The notes under the pieces: model-generated | Seen by the model: the letters and a program-made list of their open reading frames with translations, nothing else | Databases searched by the model: none | What the model was told of the DNA's origin: nothing | Position numbers and translations under genes: made by a program | Assembly: GCA_951406725.2 (NCBI GenBank) | Contig: OX597831.1 | Location: 53,878,001-53,942,000, forward strand | From: Octopus vulgaris | Taxonomy: Eukaryota | Reading direction: 5' to 3' | Length of the DNA stretch: 64,000 nucleotides | Part shown: in pieces, positions 24,080-36,600 of the stretch | Layout of the letters: every line of letters begins with the position of its first letter | Numbering within the stretch: the stretch's first letter is position 1

Positions 24080-26605
24080 ACAATATTCTGGGTATTCTGG
24101 AAAGACATGAAATCAAAACAGGATGAAATAGAAACCCTTTGAGATAAGTGAGCAACAGTTAGATGATCAAGCAAGAGCGATAACAAATGGGTGGGTAACA
24201 GGCATAGAAATTGAAAAAATTAAAAGGAAAATAGAAAATATTGGTAATACGGTATCAGCAGATAGTGTGCCTATTGAAGACAGAGAAATGAATAGTGGCA
24301 GTGAAGATGAAGGCAAGGTGTAAATGCATTGTCAGCAAATGAAGCAGAAGTAATGGTAAGAGCTATTCTTCTAGGATATGATGATGATCAGCAAGTCATA
24401 TTGAGGATGATGAGCTGATATATTAGAGAAGACCAGGATCAAATACCTCCCAAGCTGAGATATGTTGATAGGCATAAGCTAAAAGCAGAAACCGGAAAAA
24501 TTAAATTTTGTTCTTGGACTATCTCAGACAGGAAATATAAGTGAAACCAACAAGATTATCAGGGTCATAGCAAAGGTTGCAGTGGAAAGAGTGGGATACA
24601 AAAGAAGAGAACAAACAGTACTTGAACCATATTGGTGCAGATCAATTTGTGAAAAACAAACAAGGTTAAAAAGACATTTGGGACAAATTGATAGGCTGAA
24701 AAGAGGAGAATTGCATAAGAATAAGGTTGGAAGAATGTATAGAATAAAAGATAAAAGATATGATGTAATATTGGAAGAACTGAAACAAAGAGCAGTAGCA
24801 ATCATGGGGCAAATTTGGAAAGGTATGACAATAGAACAAAACAATCCAGGCAGAACAGATTGTTTGAAGCTAATTAGAGAAAACTTTGAGGAATTAAATG
24901 GGCAATTACAACTCACATTGGTACCTGATGCAGACAGAAGTATGGCCTTTTGAGCGTGGAATCTGAGATCAACATGTAGAGTGTAATGATAATGCATGAA
25001 ATCCAGGATAGGCTAAGAAATATACAAGGTTGTCCCACCCATACTTAACAAGAAAACTTCTCACACTCTACCACAACAAACCAAACTACATCTCTACATC
25101 TCCTCATATTTCCACTTAATGCACTATGCTTACCTCCCACTCTTCAATCTTGTCCTGTTGGTCCTGTCCCACTGTATCATTGCTCTCTGCTAGTCCTCCA
25201 TCAGTGTGTTCCACCCACATGTAATAAGAAAACTTTTCACATACCCTACCCCAACAAACCAATCTACATCTCTACATTTCTTCTCTTCCTCACATTTCTT
25301 TCTTCATACACTATACCTATCTCCCACTCCCCCAATCCTGTTCTCATGGCCCTGTTCCTCTGAATTATTGCTATCCAGTAGACCCCACTCCCTGACTCTA
25401 TATACACCCAGGTTTTCACCACTTCACTCCACACTCTCTAATCATGCTTCCTCACAATATCATGCCACTTATACTATGACATTCAAACCTCAAGCGTATG
25501 CCCTGGCACTTGTCACCATCTATACCTCTCTGTTCCTTTACCCAACCATCCCATTTATATTCTGATCCCCATCCCTTTTGAGTATGTTCAGCACTTTACC
25601 ACCATCCTTATCCTGCTATCTCTCACTCTCTCCTTCCCTCAAGTTGGGTAACCATGTATTTCCTTTGTGGAAAGTGCACCTGTTTCTGTTTTCATTCCTG
25701 ATCTCTCTCTCTCTCTCTCCCTGGCTTGGTAACCTTGTACCTCCTCTACAGCAAGACTCCTGTTTCTGTTTCTCTGTTTCACTATAACCTTTCATCATTC
25801 AAAACAAGATCACCTCCTCCAATGCCCCCTCTCCTCTAAAAAGAGATTTTTTTGTCTTGCAAGTACTTGATGACCCTGTCAAAGCAGGTGCTACTTAAAA
25901 GTACCCAGTCCACACTGTAAAGTGGTTGGTATTTGGAAGGGCATCCAGCTGTAAAAACCTTGCTAAAACTGACCTTGCCTGTGCTTGTGCCATCTAAAAA
26001 ACATTAACTCCACTCTGCTGAGTGGTTGGTATTAGGGAGGGCATCCAGCTATAAAAATCCTGCCAAATTAGTTGCAGAAGTCTGGTGCAGACTTCTGCCT
26101 GGCTGGCTCCTATCAAACCGTCCCACTCATGCCAGCATGGAAGGTGGATGTTAAGTGATGATGATGATGAAGACAACATAAAAATAAATACAGAAAAGAT
26201 TTTAAAAAAACCGGATAAAATACCAGATTGGAAGAGCCCAGGGCCGGATGGTGTCCAAGGATGTTGGATGAAGAAACTGAGAGAGCTCCATGAAAGGATA
26301 GCAGAACAACTGGGTAAGTGCTTGAAGGAAGGCTCATCACCCAGCTGGATGACAAAGGGAAAGACACGGTCATGTGTCAAGGAGCTTGTAAAGAATAACA
26401 TTGTTATCAAGAGGAATATAAAGGAAATGGGAATAGAGTGCCCAGTAGAGCTGTTGCAAAAAGTTTGCCTCTCTGGTACAGGCAGAATCATCAGGAAAGT
26501 ATTATATAGTTGAAGAGAAGAGATAGGATGGTACTGTTGGCTGCATGTAGCAAACCTGTAACTCATGCAAAACTCCAGAAGTCCCAATAAAACCTGAGTT
26601 GTAAT
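24080..26605 (+). mobile_element. Fragmented R4/Dong-clade non-LTR retrotransposon, interrupted at ~25020-26170
   Basis: EPYWCRSICEKQTRLKRHL...ILEELKQRAVA (N-terminal region), WKSPGPDGVQGCWMKKLRELHERIAEQL...PSWMTKGKT (pre-RT) and LLQKVCLSGTGRIIRKVL* (C-terminus). Most of the RT is deleted; ends near TAA/GAT repeats. Confidence 0.75.
25030..26170 (+). mobile_element. Pyrimidine-rich retroposon segment ending in duplicated GGGCATCCAGC module and (GAT)n
   Basis: Internal repeat of CCACCCA...AAGAAAACTT.TCACA...CTACATCTCTACAT (25035 and 25212); compositionally similar inverted segments at ~28200-28480 and ~61540-61990. Confidence 0.55.
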
Positions 26606-26617
26606 GATAATAACAAC

Positions 26618-26942
26618 AGGAGCACTCTGTCGGTTGTGATGACGAGGGTCCCGGCTGATACGATCAATGGAACAGCCTGCTCGTGAAATTAACGTGCAAG
26701 TGGCTGAGCACTCCACGAACACATGTACCCTTAACATAGTTCTCAGGGAAATTCAGCGTGACAGTGTGCGACCAGGCTGGCCCTTTGAAATACAGGTACT
26801 ACTCATTTTTGCCAGCTGAGTGGGCTGTAGCAATGTGAAATAAAGTGTCTTGCTCAAGGACACAACACACCGCCGGGAACTGAACTCACGACCTTACGAT
26901 CATGAGCCGAATGCCCCTAACCACTAAGCCACACGTCTTCAC
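26618..26942 (-). mobile_element. tRNA-derived SINE with CORE-like block
   Basis: Minus strand GTGGCTTAGTGGTTAGG ... GAGTTCAGTTCCC ... TTGTGTCCTTGAGCAAGACACTT. Confidence 0.85.
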
Positions 26943-27577
26943 TAATAACAGCAGCAACAATAACAATGGTTTCAAATTTTGGCCCAAACTAACAATTTTT
27001 AGTAAGAGGGATGAGTCAATTACATAAATCTCAGTATTTGACAGGTACTTTATTTTATTGACCCTCTTCCCACTGAAAAGGACGAAAGGCAAATTTTCCC
27101 TTGGTGAGATTTGAACTCAAAATGGAAAGAGTCAGATCAAATACTACAAAGCATGTTTTTGTGATGCTCTTACAATTCTGCTAATCCACTACTTTTGTAA
27201 TGTTTTCTAAGGCCAGCAATTTTCAGTGAAGTGTATTAGTTGATTAAATTAAGCCCATACTTGACTGGTACTTTATTTTATCAAATTCAAAAATATAGAG
27301 GACAAAATTGACCTCACTGGGATTTGATCTAAGAACATAACATAGAGTGACACAACTAAATACTGTGATGTATTTAGTTGTGCTCTGAGGAGCTATCAGC
27401 AATCTGTGAAGTGATCACTTTTTTTTTTTTTTTAATGGCCATCTTGGACTGCAACGACACTGGGACACTATTTCAAAGGGTTTTAGTCAAACAAATTGAT
27501 ACCAACATTTATTTTTTAAGTCTTGTCCATATTCTATTGGTTAAATTGTCAAGCAGCAGAGAGAAAACACAACACTG

Positions 27578-27750
27578 AGACATTCTTTTCTCTCCCCATT
27601 TGCTTCCTTTTTCCTATCATCCCTTTCTATTGAAGAGTGTGGGCTTAAAATGTTAAAGACTTTTCCATTTTTCTCAAGCATCAAACTAATACACCTGCTT
27701 GTTGCTCCCTCACCTGTTTCTGTTTTTTTGTTTTCTGTACATTTGAACCA
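27578..27750 (+). mobile_element. Decayed Penelope-like pLTR remnant
   Basis: Homologous to 30163-30365. Confidence 0.5.
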
Positions 27751-29793
27751 TACACACACACACACACACACATTTATTATTCTCAAACAAGAATGTTGTT
27801 GACAGTGACTTCAAAGTTTTGGCCAGATAAGTCATCGTAGGACTGCTGCGAAGGTAAAGAATAACCCATCAGATTAATGTAAAATTCTTTTTATTATAAC
27901 TGAACACAAAAACAAACATGAATATGTGTGTGTGTGCATGTGTGTGTATGAGTGTGTGTATGCCGTCATCATAATTGTAATCATCATTTAACATCCTTAG
28001 CATGGGTTTCATGGTTTGACAAGAACAGATGAACCAGAGAGCTCCACCAGATTCTGTGTCTGCATTGACATGATTTCTATAGCTGGATGCCAACCATTCA
28101 ACAGAGTGTACTGGGTGTTTTTTATGTGGCACCAGCACCAGTGAGGTTGCAAAGCACCCACAAGGCACCCTACCACTCACCCAGCTGAGCAAGGTATAGA
28201 CTGGAAAAAGACATTTTGATGGAGAGGAGCAGGTGTCTCACTGAAGAGGTGAATACACGGCTTGTCCACCAGGAGAAAGAGAGAGAGAGAGGGAGAGGAA
28301 GAGAGAGAGATGTGTAGTCCAAGTACAATGTGAATATAAGAAAGAAATGGAAGTGTACTGAGTGAAAATAGTGTGACAAATGATTAGAGATAGGAATGAG
28401 ATGGATACAGAGGATATTAGTTCAGTGTAGAAGGAGTGATGAAAATTAGAAGATAAGTTGAGGGAGAAGGCTTGACAGTGCCTCAAGTTAGCAGCTATAG
28501 TAAAAGACACTTGCTTAAGGTGTTGTGCGATGGTGGCTGAACCTGAAACCACGTCATTGCAAAGCAATCTTCTTAACCACAGAGCCTTTCTTGCATCTAA
28601 ACATGAAGTGTCAGAAGAAATAACACTGTGGTAAGAGTATTTAGCAATCGCTGATGTTATGATTCACTGGAATATTGTCCACATGATCAGCGAATCTTAC
28701 TAATTGCCGCTTCGCCTGGAAAGAATATTACCCACGTGATTAACAAAATCTGGCCAATGAAAGACTTCATGTGGAATAAGCGACCATATCAACTTTTGGC
28801 GTGTTTCTTTTTGAGCCTCTTAATCGGTATAAAACAACACGCACAAAACCACGACCCAGAGACCTTTGAGGTGTAGCTATGACAAGGCAGACAGATGGTA
28901 AATAGACACAGGTAGTGGCTGAGCCTATCATCATAATAAACTACAATAACATCCAAACTCTCTTAACATTTGTCACAATTCTCTTTCAATAACACCAAAA
29001 ACATAACATCCAAAACTTCTCAACAACGAATTGATTTCGTCGTTTTTTTCTATGTAGAACTGTTAACCTCCGACGCTAGAAATAACAGCCAGCACCCAAT
29101 ATCAACAGCCATATACAACTCCTAGCAGTTAGCCAACCAACTCATGTACAAATGGTAACGATATCAACGATTCTGACAGAGAAATGTCATTTACTTCTAG
29201 CAACAGGTCGAAGACAATACAGAGGCTATTTCATTGGCAAGAAGTGCTGATGGTAAATAATCATCACAAGGAATAAAATCCAGCATGCTGCTGAGTTTTA
29301 AGGAGGAAATTTTAAAGTTTAAATGGAGCTAATTTAATGTTTCCATCTTAGTTACAAGAATTGGAGTCGCACGAAGGATGATTAGCTATTTTTGTTTCGT
29401 CGGAGCTTAATATAAGTATCAATAAATAAAATGAAATTTGAGAGAAATTAACCAGTACTACTGGCATAACGTAATTTCAAAATAGCTTATATTTACAGAT
29501 GAAAAAAAAATGTTTATTTTAATGAAAAATTAACAGTGGGGGTATTTTCCAACAGGAAATGTCAATATTTGTCTCATCTAAATGGGCTTTTCGTTTACGC
29601 AATAAGCTCTTAGATGTGTCAAGGTGTTCTGACCTAAAGCTGAAAAGCGATTAGTACGAAATTCTTTGGTCTTTGAACGTTTCTACGTAAAAACCTGATG
29701 TAAATATTCACTTGCAGTTTGTTTAACATTATAACTAAGCTGTGAAGAGAAACTTAGAATAAATTTATTTGGGGTGAAACCAATGATGCTTAC

Positions 29794-29888
29794 TCGTGTT
29801 GTATATCTTGCAGAGCAAAACGTTTCCACAGAATTACACAGTAATCGAATTTAGCTGCTTGACCTTTGTGTAAGCTAGTAAATGGTAA
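29794..29888 (-). other. Candidate 95-nt internal exon of the minus-strand transcript
   Basis: Acceptor taatttctcggtttcag| and donor CGA|gtaagc in non-repetitive sequence. One frame is open (LPFTSLHKGQAAKFDYCVILWKRFALQDIQH) but it is not the frame inherited from 36385-36439. Confidence 0.4.
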
Positions 29889-29929
29889 CTGAAACCGAGA
29901 AATTATACAATCAAAATCACTTGAAGACA

Positions 29930-29990
<61 letters not shown>

Positions 29991-30162
29991 AGCATTGAAC
30001 TCTACTTGTGAACATACACAATGCCAATAACTTGTAAGTAGAATTTGAGAGAATGAAACCTTACACACCACACACACGTACATATACTTAGCAGAAATAT
30101 ATATGTACTCATATTTTGAGTTCTAGTTTTCCTGTTGGCATTATCAAATATATAATATAGAT

Positions 30163-30359
30163 ATCAGTCGCCATGATAGATCGTTTTCCCCTACACACAT
30201 CTTTTCTCTCTCCTTGTTTTTTCTGTGTCCCTTTCTGTAGAAGAGCGTAGGCTCGAAACGTAAAAGACTTTTTCTATTCCTGAGCGTTATACTAATACAT
30301 CTGTTTGTTTTGTACACCACCTGTCTTCGTCTTTTGTTGTTTTTTTTTGTAAACTCTCC

Positions 30360-30365
<6 letters not shown>
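30163..30365 (+). mobile_element. Penelope-like pLTR remnant with hammerhead-like motif
   Basis: CTGTAGA-A-GAGC GTAG GCTC-GAAACGTA; ends CCCTAATAT into (TA)n. Confidence 0.55.
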
Positions 30366-30412
<47 letters not shown>

Positions 30413-30502
30413 TTTAAATTATTTTAAGTGTTTCAACTTCAAAGCTGCGATCATATGTAAAGTTTTCTTAATAACGTGGAGCAATATAAGATACATCTAA
30501 AC

Positions 30503-31047
30503 CAGGCATCGGCAATCTCCGGCCTACGAGACATTTCCCGCGACCCGGTGGGGGGCCTTTTGAACCGAAGGTAAATTTAACAGAGCCAATCAGCGGCCGG
30601 CTTCTCCCCAGCCAGAACAACGTCCAACTTTCGTGATATTGACACTGAATAAACTTAACTTTCGAGAAGAATTCTGATAGAGTTAGAGAGACAGAGGAAA
30701 TCGTCCTTTTGTCCGGTACTGTAGTAGAGTATCCCTGTACGATAAGTTATTTTTCGCTTCTATTCCAATTGACTTAGTTATAAATATTACAGACGCCCAT
30801 CTTCAAGGCGTCCCCCACCTGGCCTCCTCGTCCATCAAGCCGGACATTGATTTCCTATCTGTTTCAAAGAATCACCAGCCTTCACATTAATCGTTTCACA
30901 TTGCGATTACTGCAAGTATTAATAAAGGTTCAATTTACATTTATTATCATTAATTTTGTGTTTGTTATTCTTTCGAGCTGGGAGGGGGTGAGGCCCGCGA
31001 GGTGGCCTAGACGTGGCCCGCAGCCTGGTTTAGGTTGTCGACGCCTA
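30503..31047. mobile_element. hAT (Charlie-like) non-autonomous transposon
   Basis: TIRs CAGGCATCGGCAATCT / AGGTTGTCGACGCCTA; perfect 8-bp target duplication ATCTAAAC (30495-30502 and 31048-31055). Confidence 0.9.
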
Positions 31048-32146
31048 ATCTAAACACATACAAAAATACGCACAAGTACACACGTGTGCTTATACTTTGG
31101 TTGGTGCGTGTACGTGGGTTTGTTTATTCCTCCGCTGCTGCTTATGCTCTGTTATATGACAAATAGATGGGTTAAATAGCTCCAGATTAAATTACACAAT
31201 TGGGTCAACATGATCGAGTAAATCCTTCAAGGCGGAACCCCAGAATGGCTACTGTCTAATGACTACAATCAGTAAAAGGATAAACGAACACACATATAAA
31301 AACTAACAAATACTTACAAGACGTAGCCAGGATTCTGACAGATGAGTTCCCAATTACCAAAATGGCTCCATCATTAGTCATTTAATTAGCGGAAAACACA
31401 AAATCAAAATAAATGTGAGATAATAATAATCATTATTTACATGAAGTTGCGGAGGGATGGTCGCTTGAACCTGTTTGACCTCTTCACTCCTACGTGTAGA
31501 GCTTTACGAATAAATGTTGGGCCCTACAATCTCTGATGACCTGTCATGGAAACGAGATGTATACTACATAGATAACTATGTCTCCGTCAGGTTCTTGTTT
31601 ATTCTTATGTCTGCTTTGACCTACCAGAGCTATGATCAAAGGCTTTCCAATCGTGACAATATATATATATTTTTTCAGACAGTGTTTCCCCTGAAATCCA
31701 TAGCCGAAAGCGGCTGTTAACGCGCAGCAACGCGTGGTTCACTAGTCAGGTAACTTAATACTGTCTTATCTCTTCTCCAAGTATCTCTTCTCACAGTTTC
31801 CTTGTGAGAAGCTATTCTATCCTTAGACAAGGTTTATTTTTAACCCTGCTGGATTTCTACACATCCTCTCTTAATCCACTGGGTTATCGAGGGCGGTTTA
31901 GTCGCTAAGGTGGTAAAACCTGACCTGGTCACCATAGTACATCTAGGACAACATTACCCTGTTAATATGCAGTTTACCGTTGTAAAACAGTGAAAGAAAA
32001 TTATCCTAAAAAAAGTGAAGGAAAATTATCCCAAATAAGTAAAAATAAATTGCGATAAAACCCGAAGTAACAACAATGACATCAAAATTTCATTGAACGA
32101 ATTCCTTCATAATGTCACGTTCACAGGCACCTACATGTATGGTATA

Positions 32147-32378
32147 AGGCGGCAAGCTGGCAGAAACGTAGCACACCGGGCGAAATGCGTAGCCATAATT
32201 TCGTCTGCCGTTACGTATTGAGTTCAAATTCCGCCGAGGTCGACTTTGCCTTTCATCCTTTCGGGTTCGATAAATTAAGTACCAGTTACGCACTGGGGTC
32301 GATATAATCGACTTAATCCGTTTGTCTGTCCTTGTTTACCTCTCTGTGTTTAGCCCCTTGTTGGTAGTAAAGAAATAG
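32147..32378 (+). mobile_element. Well-preserved SINE (second major family)
   Basis: GGCGGCAAGCTGGCAGAA...GAGTTCAAATTCC (B box)...GGTCGACTTTGCCTTTCATCCTTTCGGG; further copies at 52391-52590, 55535-55750 and in the 19.7-21.2 kb array. Confidence 0.9.
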
Positions 32379-32968
32379 GTATGTTCGAGTGATTTAAGTA
32401 TCTCAGAATTAGCAGCTGAGGTACATTGCTGAGAAGGCAATTCGGTGGCTTTCATGATAACCAACACAGTTTACATGTGACCAATGCAATAATACTGCAC
32501 GAGCAATGAGCTGCAGAGAAAGAATGAACAGGAAGCGGTAGCCTTCTTCCTTTGGATTCACTCGGACTATACAAGCCAATTACGTTTTTGAGAAGAGCCA
32601 ATAATTCAGTTTATCTACATGTAAGAGACTATCTACTGAACGAAATCATTTTTACTTCTAGTTTGTATCTAAGTTTACATTCACTTTTTAGGTCAATTTA
32701 CTTTCACTATTTTTACAACAGTAACCTGCATGTCAACCCATTTATCCAGTGTGCTCTTCCCAGTTTTCGGCGTAACAAAAACCCCAACCCTAAACACCGG
32801 GTGGGCATATTCTTTACCTTCGCCAAGGAAGAGTTGGCTGCTATTTCTAAAAGGCCAGGAAACTTCGTAGAGGCGTGTTCGTTGTGTTGATAAAGTAAAA
32901 CAGGTTCTCCACCATGGATGGGACCCACCCTGTATCTTTCACATTCCGTTCAATTGTGTTACTAATTA

Positions 32969-33134
32969 CAGTATTTTAACGTCTATAAGGAACCCTTTTT
33001 TGTTAAAAATTAGGTTAAAAAATATGGGAGTTTCTTATACATCGATAGTATCATAATCCCTTACAAAATCTTTTTTTTTTTTCTAAATTCTAAGCCTCCA
33101 AGTTAGGGGGTTACTTGTGCACGTTGAAATACGG
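32969..33134. mobile_element. Tc2/pogo-like MITE
   Basis: TA|CAGTATTTTAACGTCTATAAG ... CTTGTGCACGTTGAAATACGG|TA. Confidence 0.65.
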
Positions 33135-33229
33135 TACATTATAGTGTAATGTAGACAAAAATGAAATCCCTATGGTTATTTCTTCCATAATATTTTTTGA
33201 ACTCAGCTCTACTTAACTGTACCGCGGTA

Positions 33230-33580
33230 AGTAACAGCTACACAATAAAATTGATGAGTAATAGTTTTAATGGCTTAGAAGAGAAAAGGCATGTACCCAT
33301 GACTGACTCATTAAAAAATTTCTGTAACTGATGGGGGAAGGTATCCCTGAATACACGCATCAGAGTGGACCCCCGCTAAAAACACTTATGAGTCAGATCT
33401 TAACACTGTTACCTGACGCCTGAGTGCTTTTAGCGGGGTCCACTGTGATGCGTGTATTCAAGCCTTTCTCCTTTCCTCCATTAGTTACGGAAGTTTTGAA
33501 ATGAGTCATTGATATTACTCTTCCTCCTAGTTAAGCAATTAAAATAACAATAACTATTGTACAGCCATGTTAGTTTATTC
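33230..33580. repeat. Imperfect palindrome (foldback/MITE-like)
   Basis: TGAATACACGCATCAGAGTGGACCCCCGCTAAAA pairs with TTTTAGCGGGGTCCACTGTGATGCGTGTATTCA; weaker pairing extends outward via TGACTCA/TGAGTCA. Confidence 0.8.
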
Positions 33581-34185
33581 ACAATGTAATGGCAGTGACA
33601 GGATATCAAATAAATAAATGAAAACAGTGACCCCACACCCCCATTTGGTTAGTCGCCCAAAGTACAAGCTCTATTTTAACGAAGAACGTTAATATTGAAC
33701 AATTGCTGATTTAAAACATGAATCTTAGAAGACATCGTGTGGCATAGAATTTAAATGTAAGGCTAGCTGTCCGCTGAAAGTAGAGTTAGGGGAAAATCGT
33801 AAAGCCGTTATCTGTGAGGAGGCTGATAAACCAGGCATGACTGTAGAGGAAAAAGAAGTGTCACGAATTCATGTAGAGCAAAGTCAAGATAATATGGAAC
33901 AACACTAGATGAGATGATTGAAACAATCACCACATACATTGGGCTCCGATTATCTACCCAGTAGACCTATTATAAAGACAAACACTTCGTAGGAACCTAT
34001 GCCGAAGATCCTAATTGTTAGGTTTTAAGCTATTAATTCCCGTAAGATTTTTCATCTGAATTTCTGAAATAAAGAATTATCATCAATTCTGCGTCAATTA
34101 AAGAATTAATGATAATTTCTCACCCCGTAAATTCAAACAAATATTAGAATGGTTCCAACATCTGGGACAATTCATTCACCAAGTA

Positions 34186-35022
34186 CAGTGGTTCTCAACT
34201 ATATTTTGCCTGTGGATTACGCTCATTCTTATTTTAACCTACTGGACCCTCATAACCATTCAAGTGTTTTTAAAAAAATCCTGTTATATTTTTATAATTA
34301 TTATTAAGAATAGGCGTAGGAGTGGCTGTGTGGTAAGTAGCTTGCTTACCAACCACATAGTTCTGGGTTCATTCCCACTGCGTGGCACCTTGGGCAAGTG
34401 TCTTCTGCCAAAGCCTTGTGAGTGGATTTGGTAGACGGAAACTGAAAGAAGCCCGTGGTATATATATATATATATGTGTGTATATATACTTTATTTAAAG
34501 CAGCAGAAAATTCAACAATTTCCCGTTGCCGTTCATCGGACAATGTTAGCCTGCTTGCTTAGCCGGTGGGGTGGCGTCATTTGAAGGCTAAAACAATGCG
34601 AAACGCATTGTGACCAGCGATGTGTAACAACATCTGATAGCCTGGTCGGTCACGGTGATATATATGTATGTATGTATGTGTGTGTGTGTATACGTTTATG
34701 TCTGTGTTTGTCCCCCAACATCACTTGACAACCGATGCTGGTGTGTTTACGTCCCCGTAACTTAGCGGTTCGGCATAAGAGACCGATAGAATAAGTACTA
34801 GGCTTACAAAGAATAAGTCCTGGGGTCGATTTGCTCGATTAAAGGCGGTGCTCCAGCATGGCCACAGTCACATGACTGAAACAAGTAAAAGAGTAATTGT
34901 ATAAAAAAAGTTAATATATTTTGTGTACTGTAGAAGTATAACAAATTCATTGTACATAAACTTTAACAACAAAATCTTACGTGAACCCCCAAGGGCCATA
35001 TGGACCCGGTTGTGAACCACTA
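34186..35022. mobile_element. hAT MITE carrying nested insertions
   Basis: CAGTGGTTCTCAAC ... GTTGTGAACCACTA TIRs; partial inverted relative at 44573-44740. Confidence 0.8.
34313..34894 (+). mobile_element. Young full-length major-family SINE (tRNA head, CORE-like block, internal microsatellite)
   Basis: GGCGTAGGAGTGGCTGTGTGGTAAG...GGGTTCATTCCC...GTGGCACCTTGGGCAAGTGTC...GAAACAAGTAAAAGAG; numerous relatives in the window. Confidence 0.9.
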
Positions 35023-36384
35023 ACCATAATCAAGTACTTTATAGTCAGCAGAGTTGATAAAATTGCAAAAGTTACCTGCCTATAAGGCAAAGCTTTTTCT
35101 CCAATATTCCACGAGTTTTTCAGTTGAGATCCTTCTTGTCATTTCGCTATCGCTACAACAACGAGGGAGCCCTTGTATAGTCATTCGAAATAGTGTTCGA
35201 ATTTCTTTCATACCACACTGAACGAAGAAAATTCTAAAAAGGCTTGTCAGACTGCCTCATGGTCCCAGCAGACAAAATGGAAAAGGCGTTACCATAGTGG
35301 ATGATTAGGGGGGATGCGCTAGAACACTTCTGATAGTAGGACCCTTATCTGGGATGTCACTTGCTTGTGGTAACTTGGTGTGTTCAGCAACTAGATCAGG
35401 CTCCGTTGCTGGTCAGGCTGAGAAAGGCAAGCTGTTAAAGTGTTGGTCGTTCTCTAACGGGTTTTATGGTCGAGCCGATGACAGTAGAAAACTCCGGCGT
35501 TCTAGCTCCTCCACCTTGGCTCATATCCCTGCTCACCGCTATTGGGATGAAGATGGCTATCAGCAAGTGCGAACCACATCCAACTATCGTCAATAAAGGG
35601 CACATTGGATAACGTGGCACTGAATGCCCTATGACAGGGGAAAAAAATAGAACGGTCAAAGTAGGAAAGCATTTTTACTTTTTTTAAATATTGATATGTG
35701 AAACCCAGAAATAATAAGCTGTTAGTTATATTTGTGATGGACCTCAAGGTAGATTCTCTCTACCAAATTCTACAAACAATATTGTCTGTGCCTTTTTCAT
35801 TACAGGTCACAAACAAGGCTCTCCTGGGTCTACAAAACCACTGCAACAATGGCTTTTGTTCTACACATGCTGTCACCATACGTTAGCTATTTAATAATAA
35901 TAATAATATAATAATGAAATTATTGTATACAGTGCTCAGGTGCACCACATCTCATCTCTCGTCTTCTCAGCACCTCGACAGAGTTCTGAGTTTTCGATTC
36001 GGACAACTTGCTAAAATCTTTTCCTTCTCAGAAATCACCCCCCCCCCCCCTCTTTAACCATAAACTTGCTGAAGACGCACCAAGCAGTTAATTCCATCTC
36101 TTAATCAAGGGGAACTGAAAAGGCTATAGGCACTACTCTACCTTTTCAAATTAAACAATAACAATAATAATTGCTTCCCCAATCATCGTCTCTACCTGCT
36201 GATTATTTAGTGTATCATGTTTACCGGAGGAGAAATGATAAGCTGATTATTTTTTATTTCATATTTCTGCGAAGTTTATTCAGCTGGCAGAGGTTATCAG
36301 TACGTGTAGAACAACTTCTTAAAAAGATTGTCTACGATAGAAATCATATTTCTGCTTTATTTTACTTTCAGCGTGTCACTTTAC

Positions 36385-36439
36385 CTATCCTTCGAACATC
36401 CCCCCAGCCTCCAACAGCTAGCTTCACCACTTCTTCCAT
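36385..36439 (-). CDS. Candidate first exon ORF (MEEVVKLAVGGWGDVRRI, phase 1); coding start or uORF, product unknown
   Basis: ACGATGG start context, donor TAG|gtaaag, directly beside the CpG-rich promoter; no family recognised. Confidence 0.4.
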
Positions 36440-36600
36440 CGTAAATTCCACCCAGAGACGAGCGTTCGAATCCTCAGCGACGCCGCCACTGGCCGCGAAA
36501 AACAACACGAGCATCGCTGACGACGCATGCGCAGACAAGACAGAATAACGATTTAACTGGAACTGGATTCTTGCGAGTTTGGAATAAGAGCTGAGGTTAG
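36440..36600. promoter_or_regulatory. Putative bidirectional promoter
   Basis: Local CpG cluster; NRF1/Ewg-type ACGCATGCGCA (36523-36533); E2F-like TTTTCGCGGCC on minus (36491-36501); outward-facing splice donors on both sides; skew switch. Confidence 0.65.

Noticed and set aside
25994-26737. 247-aa minus-strand ORF
   Set aside because: Antisense read-through across a SINE, a Dong relic and another repeat.
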